Below, one piece after another: positions 42,702 through 51,367 of a DNA stretch of 64,000 nt. The notes below the pieces were generated by a model. It had not been told where the DNA came from, did no database searches, and was given only the letters and a program-made list of their open reading frames with translations. The translations under genes and the position numbers were made by a program. Origin of the DNA: Escherichia coli 042 (GTDB taxonomy: Bacteria; Pseudomonadota; Gammaproteobacteria; Enterobacterales; Enterobacteriaceae); the NCBI RefSeq assembly GCF_000027125.1, contig NC_017626.1, one strand, 5' to 3'. How positions within the stretch are numbered: position 1 is the first letter of the stretch; the number at the start of each line of letters is the position of its first letter.

Positions 42702-43120
42702 TGCGCCACGTCCTGAAAATTACCCTGATAGAAAGCCAGTATGCGCTGCATAACTTCGCTCTTCCGGCACTCGCGACAGATTATGTTTAGGCGACTGTCG
42801 TAGCGACGTATTTCTCCGTCAGGTGATGACCAGATAAGGTCCGGATCAACCACAGCAGGTTTCTTCACCTTTGCCCTCGAGAGTTTTTTGCGGGCGTTTT
42901 GCCAGTCCTTACGCGCCTGTTCAGAGGGGAATAACCCGTAGCCGGAGTTGTATACATCGCCACTGGCTACCAGCTCTCTGGCAAGAACGCTCATCAGATA
43001 TCTAGTCGCACCTGTTTTAGCTTCCAGTTGCCGTAACGTCTCACGGCCGCTCTGGCGCACGAGTTCCACCACCTGCCATTTAATTTTTTCCCGCTCTTCT
43101 TGTGTAAAAACTTTTGCCAC
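42698..43120 (-). CDS. hypothetical early-region protein (140 aa) in the position usually held by a helicase loader
   Basis: Intact ORF. Its stop overlaps the methyltransferase GTG (GTGA). Possible winged-helix N-terminus and a CxxC near the C-terminus. No family recognised. Confidence 0.6.
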   Translation of the reverse strand: MAKVFTQEEREKIKWQVVELVRQSGRETLRQLEAKTGATRYLMSVLARELVASGDVYNSGYGLFPSEQARKDWQNARKKLSRAKVKKPAVVDPDLIWSSPDGEIRRYDSRLNIICRECRKSEVMQRILAFYQGNFQDVAQ

Positions 43121-43160
43121 AAGTCCCCCTTAAAATTACCTCATGACCTGAAATCAACAC

Positions 43161-44126
43161 TTATCCTCTGAAACCAGGCGGAATTTCTGTATCCGGTTCA
43201 GAAATATGATTAACACAACGCTGTACAGGTGAACGTCCCAGGCGGATGACCAGTTCGTCCCATTTTTCGCGGAGCTTTGACGGGCTCATGATGTTTTTGA
43301 CCCAGAATGGATCTCGCTGAACCCGACCAAACATTTCGCAAATTTGTCTGTGGCTTCTGCCATCCAGCATCCGCATTGTGCGCACGTCATTGGCCCAGGC
43401 AGTCCAGTTAGGCTCTTTTGGTCGCATGATCTCGCCATCATCACTGGCTGCCTGTTCGTAGAGACCCACGATCCGCCCCCAGATCCACTGCGCACACGCC
43501 AAATCCTCCCTGCTACCCCACTGGCGTTTTTTCGCACTAAACACAACCGCGTCGGAGTTCCGGGTTAAAAAATCCTGTTCAGTCGTCTGCGGGTCCGGTT
43601 GCGAAGCTTCCGGACGAAAAGTGTTTTTATTCTCTGTAGTAGTCTCTGTTGTATTCTCTGTAAGATCATCAGGCCATTTTGACCCGATGACATTGGGTCG
43701 TTTTGAACCAATGGAGCGTTTCATTTTGACCTCTTCCATCGTGTCATTTTGACCTGATGGAGCGGCGCATTTTGAACCGATGGATTCGCTCAATTTGCCA
43801 CCATCTAAAAGCTCGCTCCCATAGTTGATCGTGTAGAAATTGGTCATATCGCGCTTTGATTTATTGAGCTTTTCACAACGCAAAAGCCCCAGCGTTTTCA
43901 GACTTGCAAACGCGCGCTTTAACGTTGACTCTGACCAGAATGGGAACTGTTCCAGCCATTGTTCCGTTGTGTTATAAATCCAGCGAACACCATCACATTC
44001 CATGCCGGAGTTGGTATCTCTCAACCAGTAGTGCAGTTGTTGCAAAACAATGGCTTCGTTTAAGCCAATTTTCATTGCCAGCTGCGTGTTTATAACCAGT
44101 GGGCGTTCAGCAAAAAGAAGGCTCAT
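43161..44126 (-). CDS. replication initiator / replisome organiser (lambda O analogue) containing the origin iterons
   Basis: 321 aa from MSLLFAERPLVINTQLAMKIGLNEAIVLQQLHYWL.. (phage replisome-organiser-like wHTH). Mid-gene iterons encode the repeated SIGSK peptides. The track ORF starts 18 codons upstream. Confidence 0.75.
   Translation of the reverse strand: MSLLFAERPLVINTQLAMKIGLNEAIVLQQLHYWLRDTNSGMECDGVRWIYNTTEQWLEQFPFWSESTLKRAFASLKTLGLLRCEKLNKSKRDMTNFYTINYGSELLDGGKLSESIGSKCAAPSGQNDTMEEVKMKRSIGSKRPNVIGSKWPDDLTENTTETTTENKNTFRPEASQPDPQTTEQDFLTRNSDAVVFSAKKRQWGSREDLACAQWIWGRIVGLYEQAASDDGEIMRPKEPNWTAWANDVRTMRMLDGRSHRQICEMFGRVQRDPFWVKNIMSPSKLREKWDELVIRLGRSPVQRCVNHISEPDTEIPPGFRG
43677..43783. 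repeat. origin iterons: five copies of TTTTGAMCYNATGG at 23-24 bp spacing
   Basis: Copies start at 43677, 43701, 43724 (degenerate), 43747 and 43770. An adjacent AT-rich tract carries a TCTCTGT triplet repeat at 43630-43662. Confidence 0.75.
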
Positions 44127-44628
44127 AATTCCATCCAGCTTTTTGTTGGTATTGCTGTCGATACGCAAGTTTGAAAGCAATTGCTTTTTCTATAAGTTCG
44201 TCAGTTTCACGATCCACTACGGCAGGATCAGCAAAAAGCAGTCCGGACTCCACCACATCGCCATATTCTTTGTTTAACCCGGCGATCATGCACGTGATGC
44301 TTTTTCCGTCAGTAATTTCACGATACAACCTGAAATCATTAATCCGGATAGCCTCCATAATTGCAGGCACTAGCGCCGTGAACTTTTCACGCTTATCCCT
44401 GGTGTCGATAGCCTTCCAGCGTTCAAATATCTTCACTCGATTAACGCCAAGCGCTCGCTGATCAATCGCGCCACCTTCATATGTGACACGCTGAACATCG
44501 ATGTTCGGGCGCTCTTTCAAAGCCCAGAATGCTTCAGTGATTAATATCGTCGCCTGCTCCTGTGTCATTCCTGGTCGACATATCCAGGCATCCAGAGCCT
44601 CACGAGCCTGTTCAGGAGTGATTTTCAT
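44107..44628 (-). CDS. YdaT-like protein (functional CII analogue of some lambdoid prophages)
   Basis: 173 aa, MKITPEQAREALDAWICRPG..VKIFERWKAIDTRDKREKFTALVPAIMEAI... The pattern and the position after cro resemble YdaT family members as I recall them. Confidence 0.6.
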   Translation of the reverse strand: MKITPEQAREALDAWICRPGMTQEQATILITEAFWALKERPNIDVQRVTYEGGAIDQRALGVNRVKIFERWKAIDTRDKREKFTALVPAIMEAIRINDFRLYREITDGKSITCMIAGLNKEYGDVVESGLLFADPAVVDRETDELIEKAIAFKLAYRQQYQQKAGWNYEPSFC

Positions 44629-44842
44629 TGTTCAACCGCCCCGCCCGCTTCGTCTTACGATATTCATCATAAACTTTGGGATCATACTGAAGCTCCCCGC
44701 CAGATGCCTCCTGTAGACGCATCGCGCGACCTTCGGGAACTAAATCCCCTTTCCAGCTATAAAGCGAAGCCAAACGAATACCTGCTGCTTGTGCAAGTTT
44801 TGTTTTTGAACCGAAATACAAAAGAGCGTCAGTTTTAAGCAT
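44612..44842 (-). CDS. dicC: Cro-like repressor DicC
   Basis: 76 aa, MLKTDALLYFGSKTKLAQAAGIRLASLYSWKGDLVPEGRAMRLQEASGGEL.., recalled DicC. Divergent from dicA. Confidence 0.9.
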   Translation of the reverse strand: MLKTDALLYFGSKTKLAQAAGIRLASLYSWKGDLVPEGRAMRLQEASGGELQYDPKVYDEYRKTKRAGRLNNENHS

Positions 44843-44858
44843 TTAAAACACCTTTATT

Positions 44859-44923
44859 GTTAGCCATAACTAACAAGATAGATGTTAACAAAAACATAGT
44901 CAATACGATTTAGCATTAGCTAA
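44859..44923. promoter_or_regulatory. dicA-dicC divergent promoter/operator region with two TTAGY-N4-6-RCTAA palindromes
   Basis: GTTAGCCATAACTAAC (44859-44874) and TTAGCATTAGCTAA (44910-44923), the latter ending 2 nt before the dicA ATG. Confidence 0.55.
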
Positions 44924-44925
44924 CT

Positions 44926-45333
44926 ATGGAAACAAAAAATTTAACTATCGGCGAACGCATCAGGTATCGTCGGAAAAACCTCAAACACACCCAAAGGTCT
45001 CTTGCTAAAGCCCTGAAAATCTCCCATGTGTCTGTATCACAATGGGAACGGGGTGATAGTGAACCTACAGGGAAGAACCTTTTTGCCCTCAGCAAAGTAT
45101 TGCAATGCTCACCAACATGGATTCTATTTGGCGATGAAGACAAGCAACCAACACCACCTGTTGAGAAGCCAGTTGCCTTATCCCCCAAAGAACTAGAGCT
45201 CCTTGAGCTGTTTAATGCACTGCCAGAATCAGAACAGGATACCCAGCTCGCCGAAATGCGAGCTCGAGTAAAAAACTTCAATAAACTCTTTGAAGAATTA
45301 CTAAAAGCCCGTCAGCGGACAAATAAAAGATAA
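44926..45333 (+). CDS. dicA: cI/C2-like HTH repressor DicA
   Basis: 135 aa, METKNLTIGERIRYRRKNLKHTQRSLAKALKISHVSVSQWERGDSEPTGKNL.., recalled DicA. Confidence 0.93.
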   Translation: METKNLTIGERIRYRRKNLKHTQRSLAKALKISHVSVSQWERGDSEPTGKNLFALSKVLQCSPTWILFGDEDKQPTPPVEKPVALSPKELELLELFNALPESEQDTQLAEMRARVKNFNKLFEELLKARQRTNKR

Positions 45334-45370
45334 CATCATCAATGAGTTATCTTTTACCACATCAATTATG

Positions 45371-45419
45371 TTAGCTATAGCATACAAAATCACTTGACCG
45401 ATATGTTAGTCATGGCTAA
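45371..45419. promoter_or_regulatory. candidate DicA operators / promoter of the ydfABC-dicF-dicB operon
   Basis: TTAGCTATAGCATA (45371-45384) and TTAGTCATGGCTAA (45406-45419) share the motif found in the dicA-dicC intergenic region. Confidence 0.45.
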
Positions 45420-45499
45420 TCTTGTTTGCATCAACACACCGCACGGTGTTCTCAGCAAACAGTTCCGCTACCCCAGCGTTAAGGGGAAATGAGGTCAGC

Positions 45500-45655
45500 A
45501 TGGATACTATCGATCTTGGCAACAACGAATCTCTGGTGTACGGCGTGTTTCCAAACCAGGACGGCACGTTCACCGCAATGACGTATACCAAAAGCAAAAC
45601 GTTTAAAACCGAAAATGGTGCCCGTCGCTGGCTGGAAAGAAACTCAGGTGAGTGA
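45500..45655 (+). CDS. ydfA: small protein YdfA (51 aa)
   Basis: MDTIDLGNNESLVYGVFPNQDGTFTAMTYTKSKTFKTENGARRWLERNSGE, recalled YdfA. Confidence 0.85.
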   Translation: MDTIDLGNNESLVYGVFPNQDGTFTAMTYTKSKTFKTENGARRWLERNSGE

Positions 45656-45656
45656 T

Positions 45657-45785
45657 ATGGATTTCGACACAATCATGGAAAAGGCTTACGAAGAATACTT
45701 CGAAGGCCTTGCCGAAGGCGAAGAAGCTCTCAGCTTCAGTGAGTTTAAACAGGCGCTTTCCAGTTCGGCAAAATCTAACGGCTGA
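45657..45785 (+). CDS. ydfB: small protein YdfB (42 aa)
   Basis: Hand translation gives MDFDTIMEKAYEEYFEGLAEGEEALSFSEFKQALSSSAKSNG*. Recalled YdfB. Confidence 0.8.
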   Translation: MDFDTIMEKAYEEYFEGLAEGEEALSFSEFKQALSSSAKSNG

Positions 45786-45814
45786 TAAGCGAAACAGCAC
45801 CGCGAGGAATCAGT

Positions 45815-46033
45815 ATGCAGAAACGAGAACCCGTCATCATCGCGCCAGACTATACCGATGATGAACTTTATGAGTGGATGCGCCAGAAAATTAATGCAGC
45901 GCAGGATCTGAAATGGGCTAATGAAGCCAGGGCTAAGCAGGCTGAAAATCTGTCCGCTCTGGAGCAGGATATCACCAATCTGGAAAAAGCAGCGGCATTA
46001 AGCATTGCCAGAATGATTACATACCCGCGTTAG
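45815..46033 (+). CDS. ydfC: small protein YdfC (72 aa)
   Basis: MQKREPVIIAPDYTDDELYEWMRQKINAAQDLKWANEARAKQAENLSALEQD.., recalled YdfC. Confidence 0.85.
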   Translation: MQKREPVIIAPDYTDDELYEWMRQKINAAQDLKWANEARAKQAENLSALEQDITNLEKAAALSIARMITYPR

Positions 46034-46373
46034 TAGCTAATCAACAAAGCTAAGGTTAGTAATTAAGGAGTTCTCCACGGGTGAGGTGGAGTGCGTGCGC
46101 CGGACACGGGTGCGCATCCGGAACTGACAGTTTACTGAAAGGATATTTCCCTGAAAAGTCAGACCATAACGCGAAAGCGCACGGCGAGGTAGCTGGTTCA
46201 TAGATAGCCTGTCGTTAAATTTTCGTCGACCGTGCGCTTCCGGTTGTGGCAACCCGCGAAATGGCGCGGCGGTAAGTATGGCGGGGTTATTCCTTCCCCG
46301 TTGAGGACACCGGGTTGTCAGGTTGACCATACGCTTAAGTGACAACCCCGCTGCAACGCCCTCTGTTATCAAT

Positions 46374-46426
46374 TTTCTGGTGACGTTTGGCGGTATCAGT
46401 TTTACTCCGTGACTGCTCTGCCGCCC
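46374..46426 (+). ncRNA. dicF: DicF small RNA (53 nt; antisense regulator of ftsZ and other mRNAs), followed by a T-run
   Basis: TTTCTGGTGACGTTTGGCGGTATCAGTTTTACTCCGTGACTGCTCTGCCGCCC then TTTTT. Matches the recalled DicF sequence. Lies between ydfC and dicB. Confidence 0.9.
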
Positions 46427-46600
46427 TTTTTAAAGTGAATTTTGTGATGTGGTGAATGCGGCTGAGCGCACGCGGAACAGTTAAAACCAAAAACAGTGTT
46501 ATGGGTGGATTCTCTGTATCCGGCGTTAATTGTTAACTGGTTAACGTCACCTGGAGGCACCAGGCACTGCATCACAAAATTCATTGTTGAGGACGCGATA

Positions 46601-46789
46601 ATGAAAACGTTATTACCAAACGTTAATACGTCTGAAGGTTGTTTTGAAATTGGTGTCACTATCAGTAACCCAGTATTTACTGAAGATGCCATTAACAAGA
46701 GAAAACAAGAACGGGAGCTATTAAATAAAATATGCATTGTTTCAATGCTGGCTCGTTTACGTCTGATGCCAAAAGGATGTGCACAATGA
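46601..46789 (+). CDS. dicB: cell-division inhibitor DicB (62 aa)
   Basis: MKTLLPNVNTSEGCFEIGVTISNPVFTEDAINKRKQERELLNKICIVSMLARLRLMPKGCAQ, recalled DicB. Confidence 0.9.
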   Translation: MKTLLPNVNTSEGCFEIGVTISNPVFTEDAINKRKQERELLNKICIVSMLARLRLMPKGCAQ

Positions 46790-46977
46790 ATTCAGCATTT
46801 GTGCTTGTTCTGACAGTTTTTCTTGTTTCCGGAGAGCCAGTTGATATTGCAGTCAGTGTTCACAGGACAATGCAGGAGTGTATGACTGCAGCAACCGAAC
46901 AGAAAATTCCCGGTAACTGTTACCCGGTCGATAAAGTTATTCACCAGGATAATATCGAAATCCCGGCAGGTCTTTAA
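46786..46977 (+). CDS. ydfD: small membrane/lysis-type protein YdfD (63 aa)
   Basis: MNSAFVLVLTVFLVSGEPVDIAVSVHRTMQECMTAATEQKIPGNCYPVDKVIHQDNIEIPAGL, recalled YdfD. Its start overlaps the dicB stop. Confidence 0.85.
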   Translation: MNSAFVLVLTVFLVSGEPVDIAVSVHRTMQECMTAATEQKIPGNCYPVDKVIHQDNIEIPAGL

Positions 46978-47069
46978 AACAGTTCCGTAATAAATATCCG
47001 GTTTCATTCTTATATGCCAGCAATGGCAGGGATTTGTTCATCCTTAAATCTGTCATGAGGTTAAAACAA

Positions 47070-49541
47070 ATGAGTAAAGTCTTTATTTGCGCCGCTATTC
47101 CTGACGAACTGGCAACAAGGGAAGAAGGCGCTGTGGCTGTAGCCACAGCCATTGAAGCTGGCGACGAACGCCGTGCTCGAGCAAAATTTCACTGGCAATT
47201 CCTGGAACATTATCCGGCTGCTCAGGACTGCGCTTATAAATTTATTGTCTGCGAGGATAAACCTGGCATACCCCGCCCTGCCCTCGATTCATGGGATGCT
47301 GAATATATGCAGGAAAACCGCTGGGATGAGGAGTCTGCTTCTTTTGTCCCGGTTGAGACTGAATCCGATCCGATGAACGTCACTTTTGACAAGCTGGCCC
47401 CTGAAGTACAGAACGCTGTCATGGTTAAGTTCGACACATGTGAAAACATCACCGTTGATATGGTTATTAGCGCACAGGAATTGTTGCAGGAAGACATGGC
47501 AACATTCGACGGACATATCGTTGAAGCGTTGATGAAAATGCCAGAAGTTAACGCCATGTATCCGGAGCTTAAGTTGCACGCCATTGGGTGGGTTAAGCAT
47601 AAATGTATTCCTGGTGCTAAATGGCCCGAAATTCAGGCAGAGATGCGCATCTGGAAAAAACGTCGCGAAGGTGAACGCAAGGAAACCGGAAAATACACGT
47701 CTGTTGTTGATCTCGCCCGCGCCAGAGCCAATCAACAGTACACTGAAAATTCAACAGGAAAAATCAGCCCGGTCATTGCTGCCATTCATCGCGAATACAA
47801 GCAGACATGGAAAACACTGGATGACGAACTGGCCTACGCTCTCTGGCCTAGTGATGTGGATGCCGGAAACATTGACGGCAGCATCCATCGCTGGGCAAAA
47901 AAAGAAGTTATCGACAACGACCGCGAAGACTGGAAGCGTATCTCGGCATCAATGCGCAAACAGCCTGATGCCCTTCGCTACGACCGCCAAACTATTTTTG
48001 GCCTTGTCCGTGAGCGTCCGATCGACATTCACAAAGATCCCGTAGCACTGAACAAATATATCTGCGAATACCTGACGACAAAGGGCGTGTTTGAGAATGA
48101 AGAAACAGACCTGGGCACTGTTGATGTTCTCCAGTCATCAGAAACACAAACTGATGCAGTGGAAACTGAGGTATCTGATATCCCAAAAAATGAAACCGCG
48201 CCGGAAGCTGAACCATCTGTAGAGCGTGAGGGGCCGTTCTATTTCCTCTTCGCAGATAAGGACGGAGAAAAATACGGTCGCGCAAACAAACTCTCTGGTC
48301 TGGATAAGGCACTGGCTGCTGGCGCCACTGAAATCACAAAAGAAGAATATTTTGCCCGAAAAAATGGCACATACACGGGCTTACCGCAAAATGTAGATAC
48401 CGCTGAAGATTCAGAACAACCAGAGCCGATAAAAGTTACCGCTGACGAAGTAAACAAAATTATGCAGGCAGCCAATATCAGCCAGCCTGACGCCGATAAG
48501 TTGCTTGCTGCATCACGTGGTGAATTTGTTGAAGGGATTAGTGACCCGAATGATCCGAAATGGGTTAAGGGGCTCCAGACCCGCGATTCTGTGAACCAGA
48601 ACCAGCATGAATCGGAACGGAACTACCAAAAAGCGGAACAAAACAGTCCAAATGCGTTACAAAACGAGCCAGAAACGAAACAGCCTGAACCAGTAGCGCA
48701 ACAGGAAGTGGAAAAAGTCTGCACCGCCTGCGGTCAGACCGGCGGCGGCAACTGCCCTGATTGTGGCGCGGTGATGGGCGACGCAACATACCAAGAAACA
48801 TTCGATGAAGAGTATCAGGTTGAAGTTCAGGAAGATGATCCGGAGGAAATGGAAGGCGCTGAACATCCACACAAGGAGAACACTGGCGGCAATCAGCATC
48901 ACAATAGCGATAATGAAACTGGCGAGACGGCAGATCACCCAATTAAGGTGAACGGTCATCACGAAATCACATCCACCAGCAGGACGTGTGACCATCTAAT
49001 GATCGACCTTGAAACCATGGGAAAAAATCCTGATGCCCCGATCATCTCAATAGGTGCAATATTTTTCGATCCGCAAACCGGAGATATGGGACCGGAATTT
49101 AGTAAGACTATCGATCTGGAAACTGCTGGCGGAGTCATTGATCGGGACACCATTAAATGGTGGCTTAAGCAATTACGCGAAGCGCAATCTGCCATTATGA
49201 CCGATGAAATCCCGTTAGATGATGCACTGTTACAATTGCGAGAATTTATCGACGAAAACTCCGGTGAATTTTTTGTTCAGGTTTGGGGAAATGGAGCCAA
49301 CTTCGACAACACGATTTTGCGCCGTTCATACGAACGGCAGGGGATCCCCTGCCCGTGGCGTTACTACAACGATCGCGATGTACGCACAATCGTTGAGCTG
49401 GGGAAAGCCATAGACTTCGATGCCAGAACGGCTATTCCATTCGAAGGTGAGCGCCATAATGCACTTGATGACGCCCGTTACCAGGCAAAATACGTTTCAG
49501 TTATCTGGCAAAAACTGATCCCGAGTCAGGCTGATTCTTAA
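47070..49541 (+). CDS. ydfE: full-length YdfE-type protein (823 aa): conserved N-domain, acidic linker, CxxC..CxxC zinc ribbon, C-terminal DEDDh 3'-5' exonuclease domain
   Basis: The N-terminus MSKVFICAAIPDELATREEGAVAVATAIEAG.. matches the recalled K-12 YdfE fragment. The C-terminus has DLETMG, NGANFDNTIL and HNALDDARYQ exonuclease motifs. Confidence 0.85.
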   Translation: MSKVFICAAIPDELATREEGAVAVATAIEAGDERRARAKFHWQFLEHYPAAQDCAYKFIVCEDKPGIPRPALDSWDAEYMQENRWDEESASFVPVETESDPMNVTFDKLAPEVQNAVMVKFDTCENITVDMVISAQELLQEDMATFDGHIVEALMKMPEVNAMYPELKLHAIGWVKHKCIPGAKWPEIQAEMRIWKKRREGERKETGKYTSVVDLARARANQQYTENSTGKISPVIAAIHREYKQTWKTLDDELAYALWPSDVDAGNIDGSIHRWAKKEVIDNDREDWKRISASMRKQPDALRYDRQTIFGLVRERPIDIHKDPVALNKYICEYLTTKGVFENEETDLGTVDVLQSSETQTDAVETEVSDIPKNETAPEAEPSVEREGPFYFLFADKDGEKYGRANKLSGLDKALAAGATEITKEEYFARKNGTYTGLPQNVDTAEDSEQPEPIKVTADEVNKIMQAANISQPDADKLLAASRGEFVEGISDPNDPKWVKGLQTRDSVNQNQHESERNYQKAEQNSPNALQNEPETKQPEPVAQQEVEKVCTACGQTGGGNCPDCGAVMGDATYQETFDEEYQVEVQEDDPEEMEGAEHPHKENTGGNQHHNSDNETGETADHPIKVNGHHEITSTSRTCDHLMIDLETMGKNPDAPIISIGAIFFDPQTGDMGPEFSKTIDLETAGGVIDRDTIKWWLKQLREAQSAIMTDEIPLDDALLQLREFIDENSGEFFVQVWGNGANFDNTILRRSYERQGIPCPWRYYNDRDVRTIVELGKAIDFDARTAIPFEGERHNALDDARYQAKYVSVIWQKLIPSQADS

Positions 49542-49613
49542 TGTTCAACTGTCGCCGGTTGTGACTGGTATTCTGCAACCGGCGCTCGTCTGATGTAAGA
49601 GATAAAGAAATCG

Positions 49614-49865
49614 ATGAGCGAAGTAATCATGATTGTCTCTCCCGGCAAATGGGTATCCGAAGAGCAGTTAATTGCGCTGAAAGGAATAAAAAAAGGTACG
49701 TTAAAAAAGGCCCGAGAAAAATCGTTTATGGAAGGAAGGGAATATAAGTATGTCGCTCATGACGGTATGCCATGGGATAACAGTCCATGCTTTTACAACC
49801 TGGAAGAAATTGATCGCTGGATTGAGCGCCAGGCATCAGCGAGACCAAGACGTCATCTTACTTGA
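49614..49865 (+). CDS. xis: excisionase (Xis-like)
   Basis: 83-aa ORF immediately upstream of int. ..WVSEEQLIALKGIKKGTLKKAREKSFMEGREYKYVAHDG.. resembles lambdoid excisionases. Confidence 0.7.
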   Translation: MSEVIMIVSPGKWVSEEQLIALKGIKKGTLKKAREKSFMEGREYKYVAHDGMPWDNSPCFYNLEEIDRWIERQASARPRRHLT

Positions 49866-49899
49866 CTAAAAGCCACACTAACTAATGAGAGAAGTTGAA

Positions 49900-51180
49900 A
49901 TGAAATATCCGACAGGCGTGGAAAACCATGGAGGGAAATTACGTATCTGGTTTGTTTATAAAGACGTAAGAGTCAGGGAAAATCTGGGGGTTCCTGACAC
50001 AGCAAAAAACAGGCGCGTTGCAGGTGAACTACGCTCCTCTGTTTGTTACGCAATAAAAACTGGTGTTTTCGACTATGCAAAACAGTTTCCCTCCTCACGC
50101 AATCTGGAAAAATTTGGTGAGGCCCGACAAGATTTAACCATAAAAGAACTGGCTGAAAAATTTCTGGCACTGAAAGAAACTGAAGTCGCCAAAACATCAC
50201 TCAACACATACCGTGCCGTCATCAAAAATATCCTGAGCATAATCGGTGAAAAAAATCTTGCCTCATCGATTAATAAAGAAAAATTACTGGAGGTTCGTAA
50301 AGAGTTACTGACTGGATACCAGATCCCCAAAAGTAACTATATTGTTACACAACCAGGGAGATCGGCTGTAACTGTAAATAATTACATGACAAATCTTAAC
50401 GCCGTGTTCCAGTTTGGTGTTGATAACGGTTACCTGGCAGATAATCCGTTTAAGGGGATCTCGCCATTAAAGGAATCAAGAACCATTCCGGATCCTCTTT
50501 CGCGGGAAGAATTTATCCGTCTTATCGATGCGTGCAGAAATCAGCAAGCAAAAAATTTATGGTGTGTTTCTGTTTATACTGGAGTTCGCCCTGGTGAGCT
50601 GTGTGCACTTGGATGGGAGGACATAGATCTGAAAAATGGAACAATGATGATCAGGAGAAATTTAGCAAAAGACCGTTTCACGGTACCAAAAACACAGGCG
50701 GGAACCAATCGGGTCATTCATCTTATTAAGCCAGCAATCGACGCTCTCCGGAGTCAGATGACATTAACGAGACTGAGCAAAGAGCATATCATTGATGTTC
50801 ACCTCAGAGAGTATGGCAGAACAGAAAAACAAAAATGCACCTTTGTTTTTCAACCTGAAGTGTCAGCGAGAGTAAAAAATTATGGTGACCATTTTACCGT
50901 TGACTCAATAAGGCAGATGTGGGACGCAGCGATAAAACGTGCCGGACTCCGCCATCGAAAATCATATCAGTCGAGACATACTTATGCCTGCTGGTCGCTG
51001 ACAGCTGGTGCTAACCCGGCATTTATAGCAAACCAGATGGGCCATGCAGATGCGCAAATGGTATTTCAGGTATACGGAAAATGGATGTCTGAAAACAATA
51101 ATGCACAGGTAGCTTTGTTAAATACACAGTTAAGCGAGTTTGCCCCAACCATGCCCCATAACGAAGCAATGAAAAATTAA
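49900..51180 (+). CDS. intQ: tyrosine integrase, apparently intact (426 aa)
   Basis: MKYPTGVENHGGKLRIWFVYKDVRVRENLG.. with C-terminal R..HxxR..Y catalytic region (SRHTYACWSLTAGANPAFIANQMGHADAQMVFQVYGKW). Adjacent to the att core. Confidence 0.9.
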   Translation: MKYPTGVENHGGKLRIWFVYKDVRVRENLGVPDTAKNRRVAGELRSSVCYAIKTGVFDYAKQFPSSRNLEKFGEARQDLTIKELAEKFLALKETEVAKTSLNTYRAVIKNILSIIGEKNLASSINKEKLLEVRKELLTGYQIPKSNYIVTQPGRSAVTVNNYMTNLNAVFQFGVDNGYLADNPFKGISPLKESRTIPDPLSREEFIRLIDACRNQQAKNLWCVSVYTGVRPGELCALGWEDIDLKNGTMMIRRNLAKDRFTVPKTQAGTNRVIHLIKPAIDALRSQMTLTRLSKEHIIDVHLREYGRTEKQKCTFVFQPEVSARVKNYGDHFTVDSIRQMWDAAIKRAGLRHRKSYQSRHTYACWSLTAGANPAFIANQMGHADAQMVFQVYGKWMSENNNAQVALLNTQLSEFAPTMPHNEAMKN

Positions 51181-51199
51181 TTTAATATTTATCAAATAG

Positions 51200-51310
51200 T
51201 TAACACGCATGACTCTTGAAATCCATAAATTCAAGCGCAGTGCCCAGCCATCCCGATACTGCTGCTTTCACCAAATCCTTAGTGCTTCTTTCGTGTTTTT
51301 CTATTGTCAT
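51200..51310 (-). pseudogene. ydfJ: displaced 5' fragment of ydfJ (36 codons) at the right prophage junction
   Basis: The minus strand encodes MTIEKHERSTKDLVKAAVSGWLGTALEFMDF then KSHAC*. The EFMDF codons are the att core. The frame continues as QLYSLG.. at 3614 downward. Confidence 0.75.
51218..51228. repeat. attachment-site core, right copy (GAAATCCATAA)
   Basis: Identical to 3615-3625. Located 38 nt after the int stop. Confidence 0.7.
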
Positions 51311-51367
51311 AATGGTTATCTCTAAAAAAGAGGTAAGATGCGTACTACTTACTCGCCGTTATTGGTA

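Noticed and set aside
46037-46372. 111-aa minus-strand ORF between ydfC and dicF
   Set aside because: This interval is the plus-strand dicF precursor transcript region. The ORF has no SD and an implausible composition.
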